Notes under the pieces: model-generated | Told to the model about the DNA's origin: nothing | Seen by the model: only the letters and a program-made list of their open reading frames with translations | The model's database searches: none | Shown: positions 31,441 through 47,463 of the stretch, piece by piece | Layout: each line of letters opens with the position of its first letter | How positions within the stretch are numbered: position 1 is the stretch's first letter | Source: Longimicrobiales bacterium | GTDB taxonomy: Bacteria > Gemmatimonadota > Gemmatimonadetes > Longimicrobiales > Gaopeijiaceae | Direction of reading: 5' to 3' | Assembly: GCA_965116905.1 (NCBI GenBank) | Contig: OZ220732.1 | Location: forward strand, 3,200,001 to 3,264,000 | Length of the DNA: 64,000 nt | Translations under genes and position numbers: made by a program

Positions 31441-32127
31441 GTGACGACGGTGCCGAAACAGCCCCGCGCGCTGGGGCGGCGCCTGCGCCTGATCGTGATC
31501 ACGGACCGCGGTCTGGCCGAGGACCGCGGTGTGGCCGACCCCGGAACCGTGGCCGACGTTGTTGCGCGGGCCCTTCATGCCGGCGCGCCGGCCGTGCAGC
31601 TGCGGGAGAAGGCCCTGCCGCCCCGCGAGGTCCTTCCGCTCGCGCGCCGGCTCCGGGCGGACACGACACGGGCCGGGGCGTTGTTCTTCGTGAACGACCG
31701 GCTCGACCTCGCCCTGGCCGTACGAGCGGACGGAGTTCACCTGGGGCCGGACGACCTGCCGGTCGGCGCCGCGCGTGCGATCGCTCCCACCGGTTTCCTG
31801 ATCGGGTATTCGGCGGACCAGGCGGACGCCGCACGTGCCGCAGTCCGGGACGGCGCCGACTATATCGGCTGCGGTACGGTCTACCCGACCGGCACCAAGC
31901 CCGGGGCCGGCGAGACCGTAGGCACCGATGGACTTCGCCGCGTGGTCCGCGCAGTGAGCGTGCCCGTTGTGGGGATCGGCGGCGTCACCCCGGCCCGCGC
32001 CCCCGCCGTGATCGCCACCGGAGCAGCGGGATGCGCGGCCATCGGCTCCATCATGGCGGCCAGGGACCCGGCCCGCGCCGTAGCGGGCTTCCTGCGGGCG
32101 GCCGAGCGTGGCGCGCCCCGCCCCTGA
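31441..32127 (+). CDS. thiE: Thiamine-phosphate synthase
   Basis: VQLREK, FVNDRLDLA, GVHLGPDD, YPTGTK, VGIGGV. Confidence 0.93.
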   Translation: MTTVPKQPRALGRRLRLIVITDRGLAEDRGVADPGTVADVVARALHAGAPAVQLREKALPPREVLPLARRLRADTTRAGALFFVNDRLDLALAVRADGVHLGPDDLPVGAARAIAPTGFLIGYSADQADAARAAVRDGADYIGCGTVYPTGTKPGAGETVGTDGLRRVVRAVSVPVVGIGGVTPARAPAVIATGAAGCAAIGSIMAARDPARAVAGFLRAAERGAPRP

Positions 32128-32174
32128 GCCGTGCGCCCGCCGTTGGCCAGCGCTCCCGGCGCCTCCTCCCCCCG

Positions 32175-32221
32175 AACGCAAAACGCCCCATCCGGCGCTT
32201 TCACGTCCGGACGGGGCGTTT
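32175..32221 (-). terminator. Intrinsic terminator after the 5S rRNA (may also act on the convergent thiE)
   Basis: Minus strand AAACGCCCCGTCCGG...CCGGATGGGGCGTTTT hairpin followed by a T-rich tail. Confidence 0.75.
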
Positions 32222-32229
32222 GGGTAAAA

Positions 32230-32349
<120 letters not shown>

Positions 32350-32413
32350 AATGACAACAGGGAGGGAAGGAAAGCGCCTTTAGAACGTGCAGGAAATACG
32401 GAAGAGGATGTGC

Positions 32414-35376
<2,963 letters not shown>

Positions 35377-35570
35377 GCCCTCTTCTCAGGCCGAACGCGG
35401 ACACTCGTCAATCCGAATGCCGCGGTCCGGTTTCCATTCGCTTCGGGCCAGCCCACCACCGTATCGCCTTCCTACACGTACGCTCCTGTCGTCCGCTGGC
35501 CGGACACCCTGAACGGGATCGTCCAACCGGTGCGACCGGAGCGCCTAAGGCACTTTCCTTCCTCTACCCT

Positions 35571-35586
35571 GGTTTTCAAGAAACTC
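35571..35586 (-). promoter_or_regulatory. boxA-like antitermination element
   Basis: Minus strand GAGTTTCTTGAAAACC, between the promoter and the 23S processing stem. Confidence 0.5.
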
Positions 35587-35665
35587 ATGGTCCGCGCACG
35601 CTTTTCGCCAAGACGGGTCCGCGTTGGGACACGGGCGTTCATCGTCGCGTGACGGACAGCTTTGA

Positions 35666-35693
35666 AAGATAGTCAAACGACGGGGGAAGTCAA
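35666..35693 (-). promoter_or_regulatory. Sigma70-type promoter for the 23S-5S unit
   Basis: TTGACT-N16-TATCTT, about 290 nt upstream of 23S. Confidence 0.7.
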
Positions 35694-35772
35694 CGACCCG
35701 TCTTGTCCAACGGCAAATGAGCCCGAACGGGGGCCGGTCTCCGACCGAAAACGGGCCGGGAGCGCTGGCCGA

Positions 35773-36591
35773 CTACATCCCTCCGGCGCCGAGAAAGGCA
35801 GCGACCTCGTCGGCGGTCACGAAGAAGTCGCCCAGCTTCTTCCCCCCCTCAGGGCCGTGCCAATCGGATCCTCCGGTCACGACCAGACCGTCCTCATCGG
35901 CCGCCTTCTCCAACTCGGCCACGCCCATGGTACGGTGAGTCGGCCGGTACACCTCGAGCCCCCGGAGACCGGCCCGCACCAGGCGCGGAAGGAGTCTCCG
36001 GAAGAGTTCGGCGGGCGGATGGGCCCATACCGGAAGGCCGCTGGCGCCCAGGATCAGGCGAATCGCCTCTTCCGGCGTCGTCACCAGGGTCGGGACGTAG
36101 GCGGGCCGGTCGTTGCCGATCAGCTCGGCGAAGGCCTGAGGCACGCTGCGGACATGACCGGCTCGCACCAGCGCTCGCGCCAGATGAGGGCGCGAATAGG
36201 CGACTTCGGCCGACCCCCGCTGTTCGTCGAGCTGCTCGCGGGAGACCCTGATTCCCTGACGCGAGAGTCGTTCGACCATCTCCAGCATGCGAGCGTCGCG
36301 CCGCTTGTGGGTCCGCCGCGTGTGCCGGGCGAACACATCGGACCCCGTGTCCACGAAGTAGCCCAGGATGTGGATGTCCGATCCGGCGAACGTGCTGCTC
36401 ATCTCGATGGCCGGAATGATGTGAATCCGCTTGCCCGCAGCCGCCCGGCGCGCGCGCTCGACGCCGGCGACCGTGTCGTGATCGGCGAGCGCGACAACGT
36501 CCAGCCCACCCGCGACCGCACGGTCGACGACTTCTTCCGGCGGCACGGTGCCGTCGGAGGCGGTCGAGTGCACGTGAAGGTCGAGCTTCAT
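35773..36591 (-). CDS. PHP-domain metallophosphoesterase
   Basis: DLHVHSTASDG, ADHDT, HILGY, RPH, AHP, GGSDWHG. Confidence 0.92.
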   Translation of the reverse strand: MKLDLHVHSTASDGTVPPEEVVDRAVAGGLDVVALADHDTVAGVERARRAAAGKRIHIIPAIEMSSTFAGSDIHILGYFVDTGSDVFARHTRRTHKRRDARMLEMVERLSRQGIRVSREQLDEQRGSAEVAYSRPHLARALVRAGHVRSVPQAFAELIGNDRPAYVPTLVTTPEEAIRLILGASGLPVWAHPPAELFRRLLPRLVRAGLRGLEVYRPTHRTMGVAELEKAADEDGLVVTGGSDWHGPEGGKKLGDFFVTADEVAAFLGAGGM

Positions 36592-36613
36592 GGAGCCCGT
36601 TGCCCGAAGGCGA

Positions 36614-36877
36614 CTATCCCGGCGAAACCTGGTCCGCGAGCACCGTCACGGCGTTGTCCTCCACCTTCATCACGCCGCCCGCGATCCTGAATTTGCGCGA
36701 GCTTCCGGACTCGGGTTCGACGGTCAGCGGCCCTTCCCCCATGAGCGTCAGGAAGGGTGCATGACCAGGCAGCACGCCGACCCATCCGTCCCACGCGGGC
36801 GCCACCAGCGACCGGGCGGACCCCTCGAAGACGACCTCTTCGGGCGTCACCACGCGCAATTGTATCGACTTCGCCAC
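36614..36877 (-). CDS. atpC: ATP synthase epsilon, short form
   Basis: VVTPE...GVLPGHAP...GG...VTVLAD; 87 aa, no C-terminal helices. Confidence 0.92.
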   Translation of the reverse strand: MAKSIQLRVVTPEEVVFEGSARSLVAPAWDGWVGVLPGHAPFLTLMGEGPLTVEPESGSSRKFRIAGGVMKVEDNAVTVLADQVSPG

Positions 36878-36878
36878 C

Positions 36879-38360
<1,482 letters not shown>

Positions 38361-38375
38361 TCACAAGAGTCATGT

Positions 38376-39242
38376 TCATTCGAGCGCCGCGGCACCACCC
38401 ACGATCTCGGCGATCTCCTGGGTGATCTGCCCCTGGCGTGCCCGGTTGTAGGTGCGGGTGAGGGTTTCGAGGATCTCGCCCGCGTTGTCGGTCGCGCTCT
38501 TCATGGCGGCGCGGCGCGCTCCCTGCTCTCCGGCGGCGTTCTCGACCAGCGCGCTGTACACCGTCATGCGCAGGTAGCTCGGCAGGAGTTGCCCGATGAG
38601 TCTCCCGGGGCGGGGTGACACGATGAAGCCGTCCACCGAGCGGGCGCCCGGGGTGGGCTCGACCGGGAGGATGCGTGCGATACGGGGCGGCGTGGACATG
38701 GCAGAGCGGAACTCGGCGCTGACCATGTAGACGGCGTCCAGTTCGCCCTCCTCGAAGCTGCTGCGGAGCGGCGCGACCAGCTCTTCGGCGTCCTCGGAGG
38801 TGGGAGCGTCGCCGATCTCGGTTGTCGCCGATGCGATGGCGGATCCCCGAAAACGGAAGAAGGCCAGTCCCTTCTTGCCCGCGATGTGCAGGTCGGTCTC
38901 CACGCCCGCAGCCTCGAGTTCCTCGAGCCGCCCGCGGGCTTCGCGGATGAGGTTGGCGTTGAAGGCGCCGCAGAAACCCCGGTTCGCGGTCAGGAGCAGC
39001 ACCGCGGCCCGCTTCGTTTCGGCGGGCTGGCGCAGCAGGGGGTGCTCCTGGGCCAACCCGGGCGCGTGCAGACTCCCCAGCAGATCGCGGAAGGCGTCGG
39101 CGTAGGGGCGCGCCGCCTGCATCCGGTCCATGGCGCGCTTCAGCTTCGAAGTCGCCACGAGCTCCATGGTGCGCGTGATCTTGCGGGTGTTGCGGACGGA
39201 CTTGATCCGCCGCATGACCTCGCGGGCGCCGGCCCCGGCCAC
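38376..39242 (-). CDS. atpG: ATP synthase gamma
   Basis: KITRTMELVA, RGFCGAFN, AMKSATDNA, YNRARQGQITQEI. Confidence 0.98.
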   Translation of the reverse strand: MAGAGAREVMRRIKSVRNTRKITRTMELVATSKLKRAMDRMQAARPYADAFRDLLGSLHAPGLAQEHPLLRQPAETKRAAVLLLTANRGFCGAFNANLIREARGRLEELEAAGVETDLHIAGKKGLAFFRFRGSAIASATTEIGDAPTSEDAEELVAPLRSSFEEGELDAVYMVSAEFRSAMSTPPRIARILPVEPTPGARSVDGFIVSPRPGRLIGQLLPSYLRMTVYSALVENAAGEQGARRAAMKSATDNAGEILETLTRTYNRARQGQITQEIAEIVGGAAALE

Positions 39243-39243
39243 G

Positions 39244-40806
<1,563 letters not shown>

Positions 40807-40832
40807 GTCTTCTCTTCTTCCCTTCTTTCCTA

Positions 40833-41079
40833 GAAGTCCGTGGATAAAGCCGCGCGAGCACCGAGAGCGGCGAGGCGCCGGGCTGGCAAGGCGCGACGAG
40901 GGGCCAATAGCGGCGCTATTGGGCTGAGGAGCAACGCAGAGCGTAGCCCTGGAGTGGCAAAATGTATAGTATACATGACATAACGTAATGTGTAGTTTAC
41001 AGCGTGGACAGATGAGGCGAAGCGATCAGATCGGATGCATCGCCGCTCGAATGCCGGGGGGATTTTGTCCACGGGCTTC
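40833..41079. mobile_element. MITE-like element (~247 bp) between atpH and atpA
   Basis: 16-bp terminal inverted repeats GAAGTCCGTGGATAAA and TTTGTCCACGGGCTTC (14/16 match), internal hairpins, AT-rich core, no credible ORF. Confidence 0.65.
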
Positions 41080-41626
41080 ATGGTTGAAGCTCGGCGGCCA
41101 TAAGCCTGCGCCGCATGGCGTCGAGCTGCCGTTTCACGGATCCGTCGTACACGGTGTCGCCCTCGCGGATCACGATGCCCCCGAGGATCCCGGGCCGCAC
41201 CTTCACGTGCGGGATGACTGTCGCCCCCGTCGCCGACGAGAGCTTCGCCGCCAGGTCCTTCTCGTCGCCCGGCGAGAGCGGCCGCGCCACCATCACCTCC
41301 ATGTGGCGCCGTCCCAGGTGGCGCTCGAGCATATCCCGGTAGGCCGACGCGATACGCGGGAGCAGCCGCTGGCGCCCCTTGTCGACCACGACCTGCAGGA
41401 ACCGCAGCAGCATCGGGGGCACGACGCCTTCCAGCGCCCGCCCCAGCGCCGCCTTCTTGTCCCCCGCCGACACCCGCGGCGTAACGAGGAACTCCTGCAC
41501 GCCCCGGTCTTCCATCAGCGCGCCCACCGCACCCACGCCAGCGCCAAAGGCCTCTACGCCCTCGTGGCGGCCCGCCAGTTCGAAGAGCGTCTCCGCGTAG
41601 TTGCGCGCGACGGTGTCCTCTCTCAC
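41078..41626 (-). CDS. atpH: ATP synthase delta
   Basis: VARNYAETLF, FLQVVVDKGR, ILGGIVI..GDTVYDGS. Confidence 0.96.
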   Translation of the reverse strand: MREDTVARNYAETLFELAGRHEGVEAFGAGVGAVGALMEDRGVQEFLVTPRVSAGDKKAALGRALEGVVPPMLLRFLQVVVDKGRQRLLPRIASAYRDMLERHLGRRHMEVMVARPLSPGDEKDLAAKLSSATGATVIPHVKVRPGILGGIVIREGDTVYDGSVKRQLDAMRRRLMAAELQP

Positions 41627-42182
41627 GTCCAGGCGCCCCCGGAACCGGCGAGGTCGTCGATGTATTCCGTCACGAGTTTCCTGTCGCGCTCGCTGTCGAG
41701 TCGCTCGCCCAGCAGTCTGGAGGCGGCTGCGATCGCCACTTCCACGGCCTCTCGCCGCACCGTCTCGACCGCCGCGTCGCGTTCGCGCTCGATCTCGCGG
41801 CGCGCGTTGGCCAGGATCACGCGGCTCTCTTCCCGGGCCTTCTCCTCCAGCTCCCTGCGAAGCTCCTCGGCGGCCTCCCGGCTCTCGGCGACGAGCGCCT
41901 GAGCCTGTCGGCGGCCGTCGGCGAGCTGCTCCCGGTACTCCGCGATCAGCGCCTCCGCTTCCTCCCGCTGGCGCCTGGCCTCGTCAATGTCGCCCTGGAT
42001 GCCCTTTTCGCGGGCATCGAGGGAGGCCATCAGGGGCTTCCACGCGTACCGTGCCAGCACGGCCAGCAACGTCAGGAAGGTCAGGACGGTCCATACGGCC
42101 AACCCCGAATCGACCGCGAAGAGGGTGTCCCAGAGGGGGCCCTCCTCCTGCGCCAGGCCGGGGTAAGGTCCCGCGGGCACCA

Positions 42183-42183
<1 letters not shown>
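41623..42183 (-). CDS. atpF: ATP synthase b
   Basis: N-terminal TM, WKPL..LDARE, long charged helix. Confidence 0.95.
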
Positions 42184-42491
<308 letters not shown>

Positions 42492-42497
42492 TCAGGG

Positions 42498-43418
42498 TCA
42501 GTGTTCATGCCGCATGAGGCCGATGAAGACGGCCGACAGCATGGCGAAGATGTACGCCTGGATGAAGGCGATCAGCAGCTCGAGGAGCAGGATCGCCGAC
42601 ACGAAGGCGAAGGATCCGGCCGCCACCGCCCACCGTACGAAGGCGATCTGGCCGAAGATGAAGATGAACCCGATCAGCGTGAAGATCATCATGTGGCCCG
42701 CGGTCATGTTCGCGAAGAGACGGACCGCGAGCGCGAAGGGTTTCGTGAATTTCCCCAGCAGTTCGACGGGAGTCATGATGGCGAGCATCAGGTACTTCAT
42801 CGCCCCGGTGGTTCCCGGCGGGGTGAAGAAGATCGTCTTCATGTAGCCGCGAAGACCGAGCGTGAGGAACCCGGAGATCTCGATCACGAGGAAGACGATC
42901 ACGGCCAGCGCCGCCGTGACCGCGAGGTTGCCGGTGGCCGAGCCTCCCCACGGCACCAGCCCGAGCAGGTTCATCGTCAGGATGAAGAAGAAGAGCGTGA
43001 GGATGAGGGGGACGAAGCGCTGGTATCCGTGCCCGATGTACTCCTTGCAGAGGTCGTCGCGGAGGAACACGACCACCGCTTCGATCGCGTTGGCCAGCCC
43101 CCTCGGGGCCCTCCCCGAGCCTTGCCGCGCGACGGTCCTGGCGGCGAACAGCGTCATGGCGGCCGTGATGACGGCGGCCAGAAGCAGCAGGACGACATGC
43201 TTGGTGAGCGACAGGTCGACCGTCACGCCGCCGATCTGGAATACGGCCCAGTCCCAGTGCTGGAAGTGGATGTAGCCGAGGAAGGGCAGCTCGTACTCGG
43301 GGGCGTTGAGGATGTGGTGCGCCAGCATTTCGCCGAGGTCGAAGGGGCCGCCGTGCCCCTCTGCGGCGGTCTCCTGCGCCACCGCGTGCTCCTGTGGAAA
43401 CGCGAACATCCCCGTCAT
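42498..43418 (-). CDS. atpB: ATP synthase a
   Basis: NLLGLVP, ALAVRLFANMTAGH, IQAYIFAMLS; ATGA overlap with the upstream gene. Confidence 0.97.
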   Translation of the reverse strand: MTGMFAFPQEHAVAQETAAEGHGGPFDLGEMLAHHILNAPEYELPFLGYIHFQHWDWAVFQIGGVTVDLSLTKHVVLLLLAAVITAAMTLFAARTVARQGSGRAPRGLANAIEAVVVFLRDDLCKEYIGHGYQRFVPLILTLFFFILTMNLLGLVPWGGSATGNLAVTAALAVIVFLVIEISGFLTLGLRGYMKTIFFTPPGTTGAMKYLMLAIMTPVELLGKFTKPFALAVRLFANMTAGHMMIFTLIGFIFIFGQIAFVRWAVAAGSFAFVSAILLLELLIAFIQAYIFAMLSAVFIGLMRHEH

Positions 43419-43798
43419 CTCCCCGCCGTCGCCGACTCGCCCCGCAGCCGGCGCTGTTCGATGATCGACTCGGCGAACACCACCGTGAGCAGGAAGGCCC
43501 CGAGCGACAGCAGGAACGGGAGGGGCTCCGTCCGGCCCGGAACCACGAAGAACAGGATTCCCGCGCCGAGGACGAGGACCCGCAGCGCGAACCCGGTTCC
43601 GATCGCGGCCAGCAGCCGGTCGTTGCGCGTCCGCCATCCCCTGAGGAGCAGGTGCAGCGGGATCTGGGTCCCCAGCACGAGGACTGCCGCGCCCAGAACC
43701 GCGCGGCGCGCGCCATCGTGGAGGAATGGAAAGGCGACGCCAGCTCCGGCCGCTACCACCGCCACGAGGGCGACGATGAATTGAATCGACGGTTTCAC
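43415..43798 (-). CDS. ATP synthase I-like membrane protein
   Basis: Four hydrophobic segments, directly upstream of atpB. Confidence 0.7.
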   Translation of the reverse strand: MKPSIQFIVALVAVVAAGAGVAFPFLHDGARRAVLGAAVLVLGTQIPLHLLLRGWRTRNDRLLAAIGTGFALRVLVLGAGILFFVVPGRTEPLPFLLSLGAFLLTVVFAESIIEQRRLRGESATAGR

Positions 43799-44070
43799 GG
43801 GTGATCTTCCCGGCGGCCGGGGGTGTCTCCTTTCCGCGCGGCCGGCTCGACGACGGCCCTCATGTAGAGCGTGATGAAGCCGGCCACGATTCCCAGCGCG
43901 GCTCCAAGGATCACCAGCAGCGGGCCCGTTCCCAGGCGTTCATCCAGCTCCGCGCCACCCCATCCCAGCAGCAGCGCGGCCAGCCCCCAGGCAATCCCGT
44001 ATCCGGAAAAGCGGCCGAAGTCGCGAAGGGCGGCGGACGACTGCCGCGACGGCTCTTCACCGTCCTTCAA
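43795..44070 (-). CDS. AtpZ/AtpI family (ATPase gene 1) protein
   Basis: GWGGAELDERLGTGP...LGIVAG; TTG start preceded by AGGAGG. Confidence 0.8.
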   Translation of the reverse strand: MKDGEEPSRQSSAALRDFGRFSGYGIAWGLAALLLGWGGAELDERLGTGPLLVILGAALGIVAGFITLYMRAVVEPAARKGDTPGRREDHP

Positions 44071-44157
44071 ACCGCCTCCTTCGGCTGCCCTGGAAGGACA
44101 ACGGGGATCCACCTCGAAACGGGCGCCGCAGGCGCGATGCCCAGCCAAAGCTAACGC

Positions 44158-44175
44158 TTGTGAAATTTTTCGCAA
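44158..44175. promoter_or_regulatory. Rex-type operator overlapping the putative atp promoter
   Basis: TTGTGAA-ATTT-TTCGCAA, one mismatch from TTGTGAA-N4-TTCACAA; overlaps minus-strand TTGCGA-N16-TAGCTT. Confidence 0.65.
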
Positions 44176-44315
44176 GCGCCCGGGGACACCGGCCCGACCC
44201 GCCCCGCGACGGCCGAAACGGCACCCCGCGGCGGACGTCATTTGAAGTTGCGGAGCATTTCGCCCATTATCGAAGGGACTGATCACATCGGAACCGCTCG
44301 CCGACAGGAGCAACG

Positions 44316-44987
44316 ATGTCACTGACCGTCGGAGACCAGGCGCCGGACTTCTCGGCAGAAACCAACGAAGGCACCATCGATTTCCACGAATGGATCGGCG
44401 ATGGCTGGGCCGTGCTTTTCTCGCACCCGAAGGATTTCACTCCGGTGTGCACCACCGAACTCGGCTACATGGCCAGCCTGAAGCCCGAGTTCGACCGGAG
44501 GAACTGCAAGATCATCGGACTGAGCGTGGACCCGCCGGACAGGCATCGGGCCTGGTCGGAGGACATCCGGGACGCCACGGGCCATGCGCCCAACTACCCG
44601 ATCATCGCCGACACCGAACTCAAGGTCGCGAAGCTCTACGGCATGCTCCCGGGGGACGCGGGCGACACCTGGGAGGACCGCACGCCGATGGACAACGCCA
44701 CCGTGCGCTCCGTGTTCGTGATCGGGCCCGACAAGCAGATCAAGCTGACCATCACGTATCCGATGAGTACCGGGCGCAACTTCGACGAGGTTCTGCGCGT
44801 GCTCGACTCGGTTCAGCTGACGGCCAGCCACAAGGTGGCGACGCCCGTCAACTGGAAGCGCGGAGACCGCGTGATCATCCTCCCGGCGGTATCCGACGAA
44901 GACGCCCGCAAGACCTACCCGGACGGCTGGGAGTCGCCCAAGCCCTATATCCGATACGTCGATCAGCCCACGGACTCCACGGACTAG
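44316..44987 (+). CDS. 1-Cys peroxiredoxin (Prx6)
   Basis: FSHPKDFTPVCTTE, YPMSTGRNFDE, VATPVNW. Confidence 0.96.
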   Translation: MSLTVGDQAPDFSAETNEGTIDFHEWIGDGWAVLFSHPKDFTPVCTTELGYMASLKPEFDRRNCKIIGLSVDPPDRHRAWSEDIRDATGHAPNYPIIADTELKVAKLYGMLPGDAGDTWEDRTPMDNATVRSVFVIGPDKQIKLTITYPMSTGRNFDEVLRVLDSVQLTASHKVATPVNWKRGDRVIILPAVSDEDARKTYPDGWESPKPYIRYVDQPTDSTD

Positions 44988-45062
44988 GTTGCCCCCGATT
45001 CTCGAGTCCCCAGGGCGGTTGATGCCCCTCACCAACCCGCCAAGCGCCCCCCGGGAGCGTCC

Positions 45063-46103
<1,041 letters not shown>

Positions 46104-46164
46104 AAGGCGCGTCACCCGACGACCAACCTCCAAGTCCTCCGACACCTGGGGGAGGCGCGCGCCG

Positions 46165-47403
46165 ATGACGGTCGCCCTCGCAGCCGCAGCGCTTCTTCTG
46201 CTGGCCATCGCCGGCGGCCTGACCGCTGCGCTCACGGCCGTGGTCCGGATCGACGACTCCAAGGCGCGCATCCTCGCCGGGGAGGGGTTCGCGGGTGCGG
46301 ACGCGCTGGCCTTTCTCAGGTCCGACGAGGCCGCTACCTCGCCCATCGCGGTCTTGCGCGCGATTTGCTACCTCGGGGCGACCGCGTCCGCAGTGGTGGC
46401 GGCGGTGGAGGTCTGGGGGGGACCGGGAATGTGGTTCGGGGGCCCGGCCGTCGTCCTCCTGGTCCTTCTGGCCGGAGAGCTGGCCCCCCGCGCGGTCGCG
46501 AGCCGGAGTCCGGTACGCGTGGCTCTGGCGGCCGCACCATTCCTTCTGGCCGCATCACGCTTCCTCGGGCGCGTATTCTACCCCCTGCTATGGCTGGGCC
46601 GTCTCCTTTCGCGACGGTCGAGCCGGGCCAACGCCTCGGCCGACGAGCTGCAGGTGCGCGAAGCGCTCGAGATCGGGGCCGGCGAAGGCGTGGTCGAGGC
46701 CGACGAACACCGCCTGGTGGAGAGGGCGTTCAAGCTCGACGAACTCAACGCCTGGGACGCCATGACGCCCCGCGTGGACATCGTGGCCCTTCCCGACGCG
46801 CGCCCGCTGGGCGACGTGATCGCCGAGCTGAAGGATCTTCCGCACTCCCGGCTCCCGGTATACGGCAAGAACGTCGACGACGTGACCGGCATCCTGCACG
46901 TCCGCGACGCCTATAGCGCGTACGTGGCCGGACAGCGCAAGGTGCCGCTTTCGCAGCTTGCCCGGGAACCGATGTTCGTGCCGGGGTCGCTCTCGCTGGC
47001 CAAACTCCTGGCCGACTTCCGCGCCAGGCGCATCCACATGGGCATCGTCGCGGACGAGTTCGGAGGTACCGACGGTCTGATCACGCTCGAGGACGTGCTC
47101 GAGGAGCTGGTGGGGGAGATCGTGGACGAGACGGATGTGGACGAGGATCCGCTCACGCCGGTCTCCGAGGGCGAGATCATCGCCTCCGGGGGTGCCGATT
47201 TGCGCGAGATCAACGAACGCTTCGACTTCGATCTGCCCGTGGGCGAGAACCGATCCCTCAACGGCTTCATCCTCGAGGAGCTCGGGCGGGTTCCCGAGGC
47301 CGGCGCTTCGCTCGAGGCGGGCGGGGTCCTGATCGAGGTCGTGACGGCGTCGGACACCCAGGTACTCAGGGCCCGGCTGCGGCGAAAAACGACGGACTCC
47401 TAG
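46165..47403 (+). CDS. CNNM/CorB (hemolysin family) CBS-domain membrane protein
   Basis: TM region, GELAPR, MTPR, HSRLPVY, DEFGGTDGLITLEDVLEELVGEI, CorC domain. Confidence 0.93.
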   Translation: MTVALAAAALLLLAIAGGLTAALTAVVRIDDSKARILAGEGFAGADALAFLRSDEAATSPIAVLRAICYLGATASAVVAAVEVWGGPGMWFGGPAVVLLVLLAGELAPRAVASRSPVRVALAAAPFLLAASRFLGRVFYPLLWLGRLLSRRSSRANASADELQVREALEIGAGEGVVEADEHRLVERAFKLDELNAWDAMTPRVDIVALPDARPLGDVIAELKDLPHSRLPVYGKNVDDVTGILHVRDAYSAYVAGQRKVPLSQLAREPMFVPGSLSLAKLLADFRARRIHMGIVADEFGGTDGLITLEDVLEELVGEIVDETDVDEDPLTPVSEGEIIASGGADLREINERFDFDLPVGENRSLNGFILEELGRVPEAGASLEAGGVLIEVVTASDTQVLRARLRRKTTDS

Positions 47404-47463
47404 AGCCGATGGACTCCTAGAGCCGATGGACTGCTAGAGCCGATGGACTGCTAGAGCCGATGG
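47394..47463 (+). repeat. 4 x 17-bp tandem repeat spanning a stop-start junction
   Basis: GGACT(C/G)CTAGAGCCGAT at 47394, 47411, 47428 and 47445. Confidence 0.97.
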
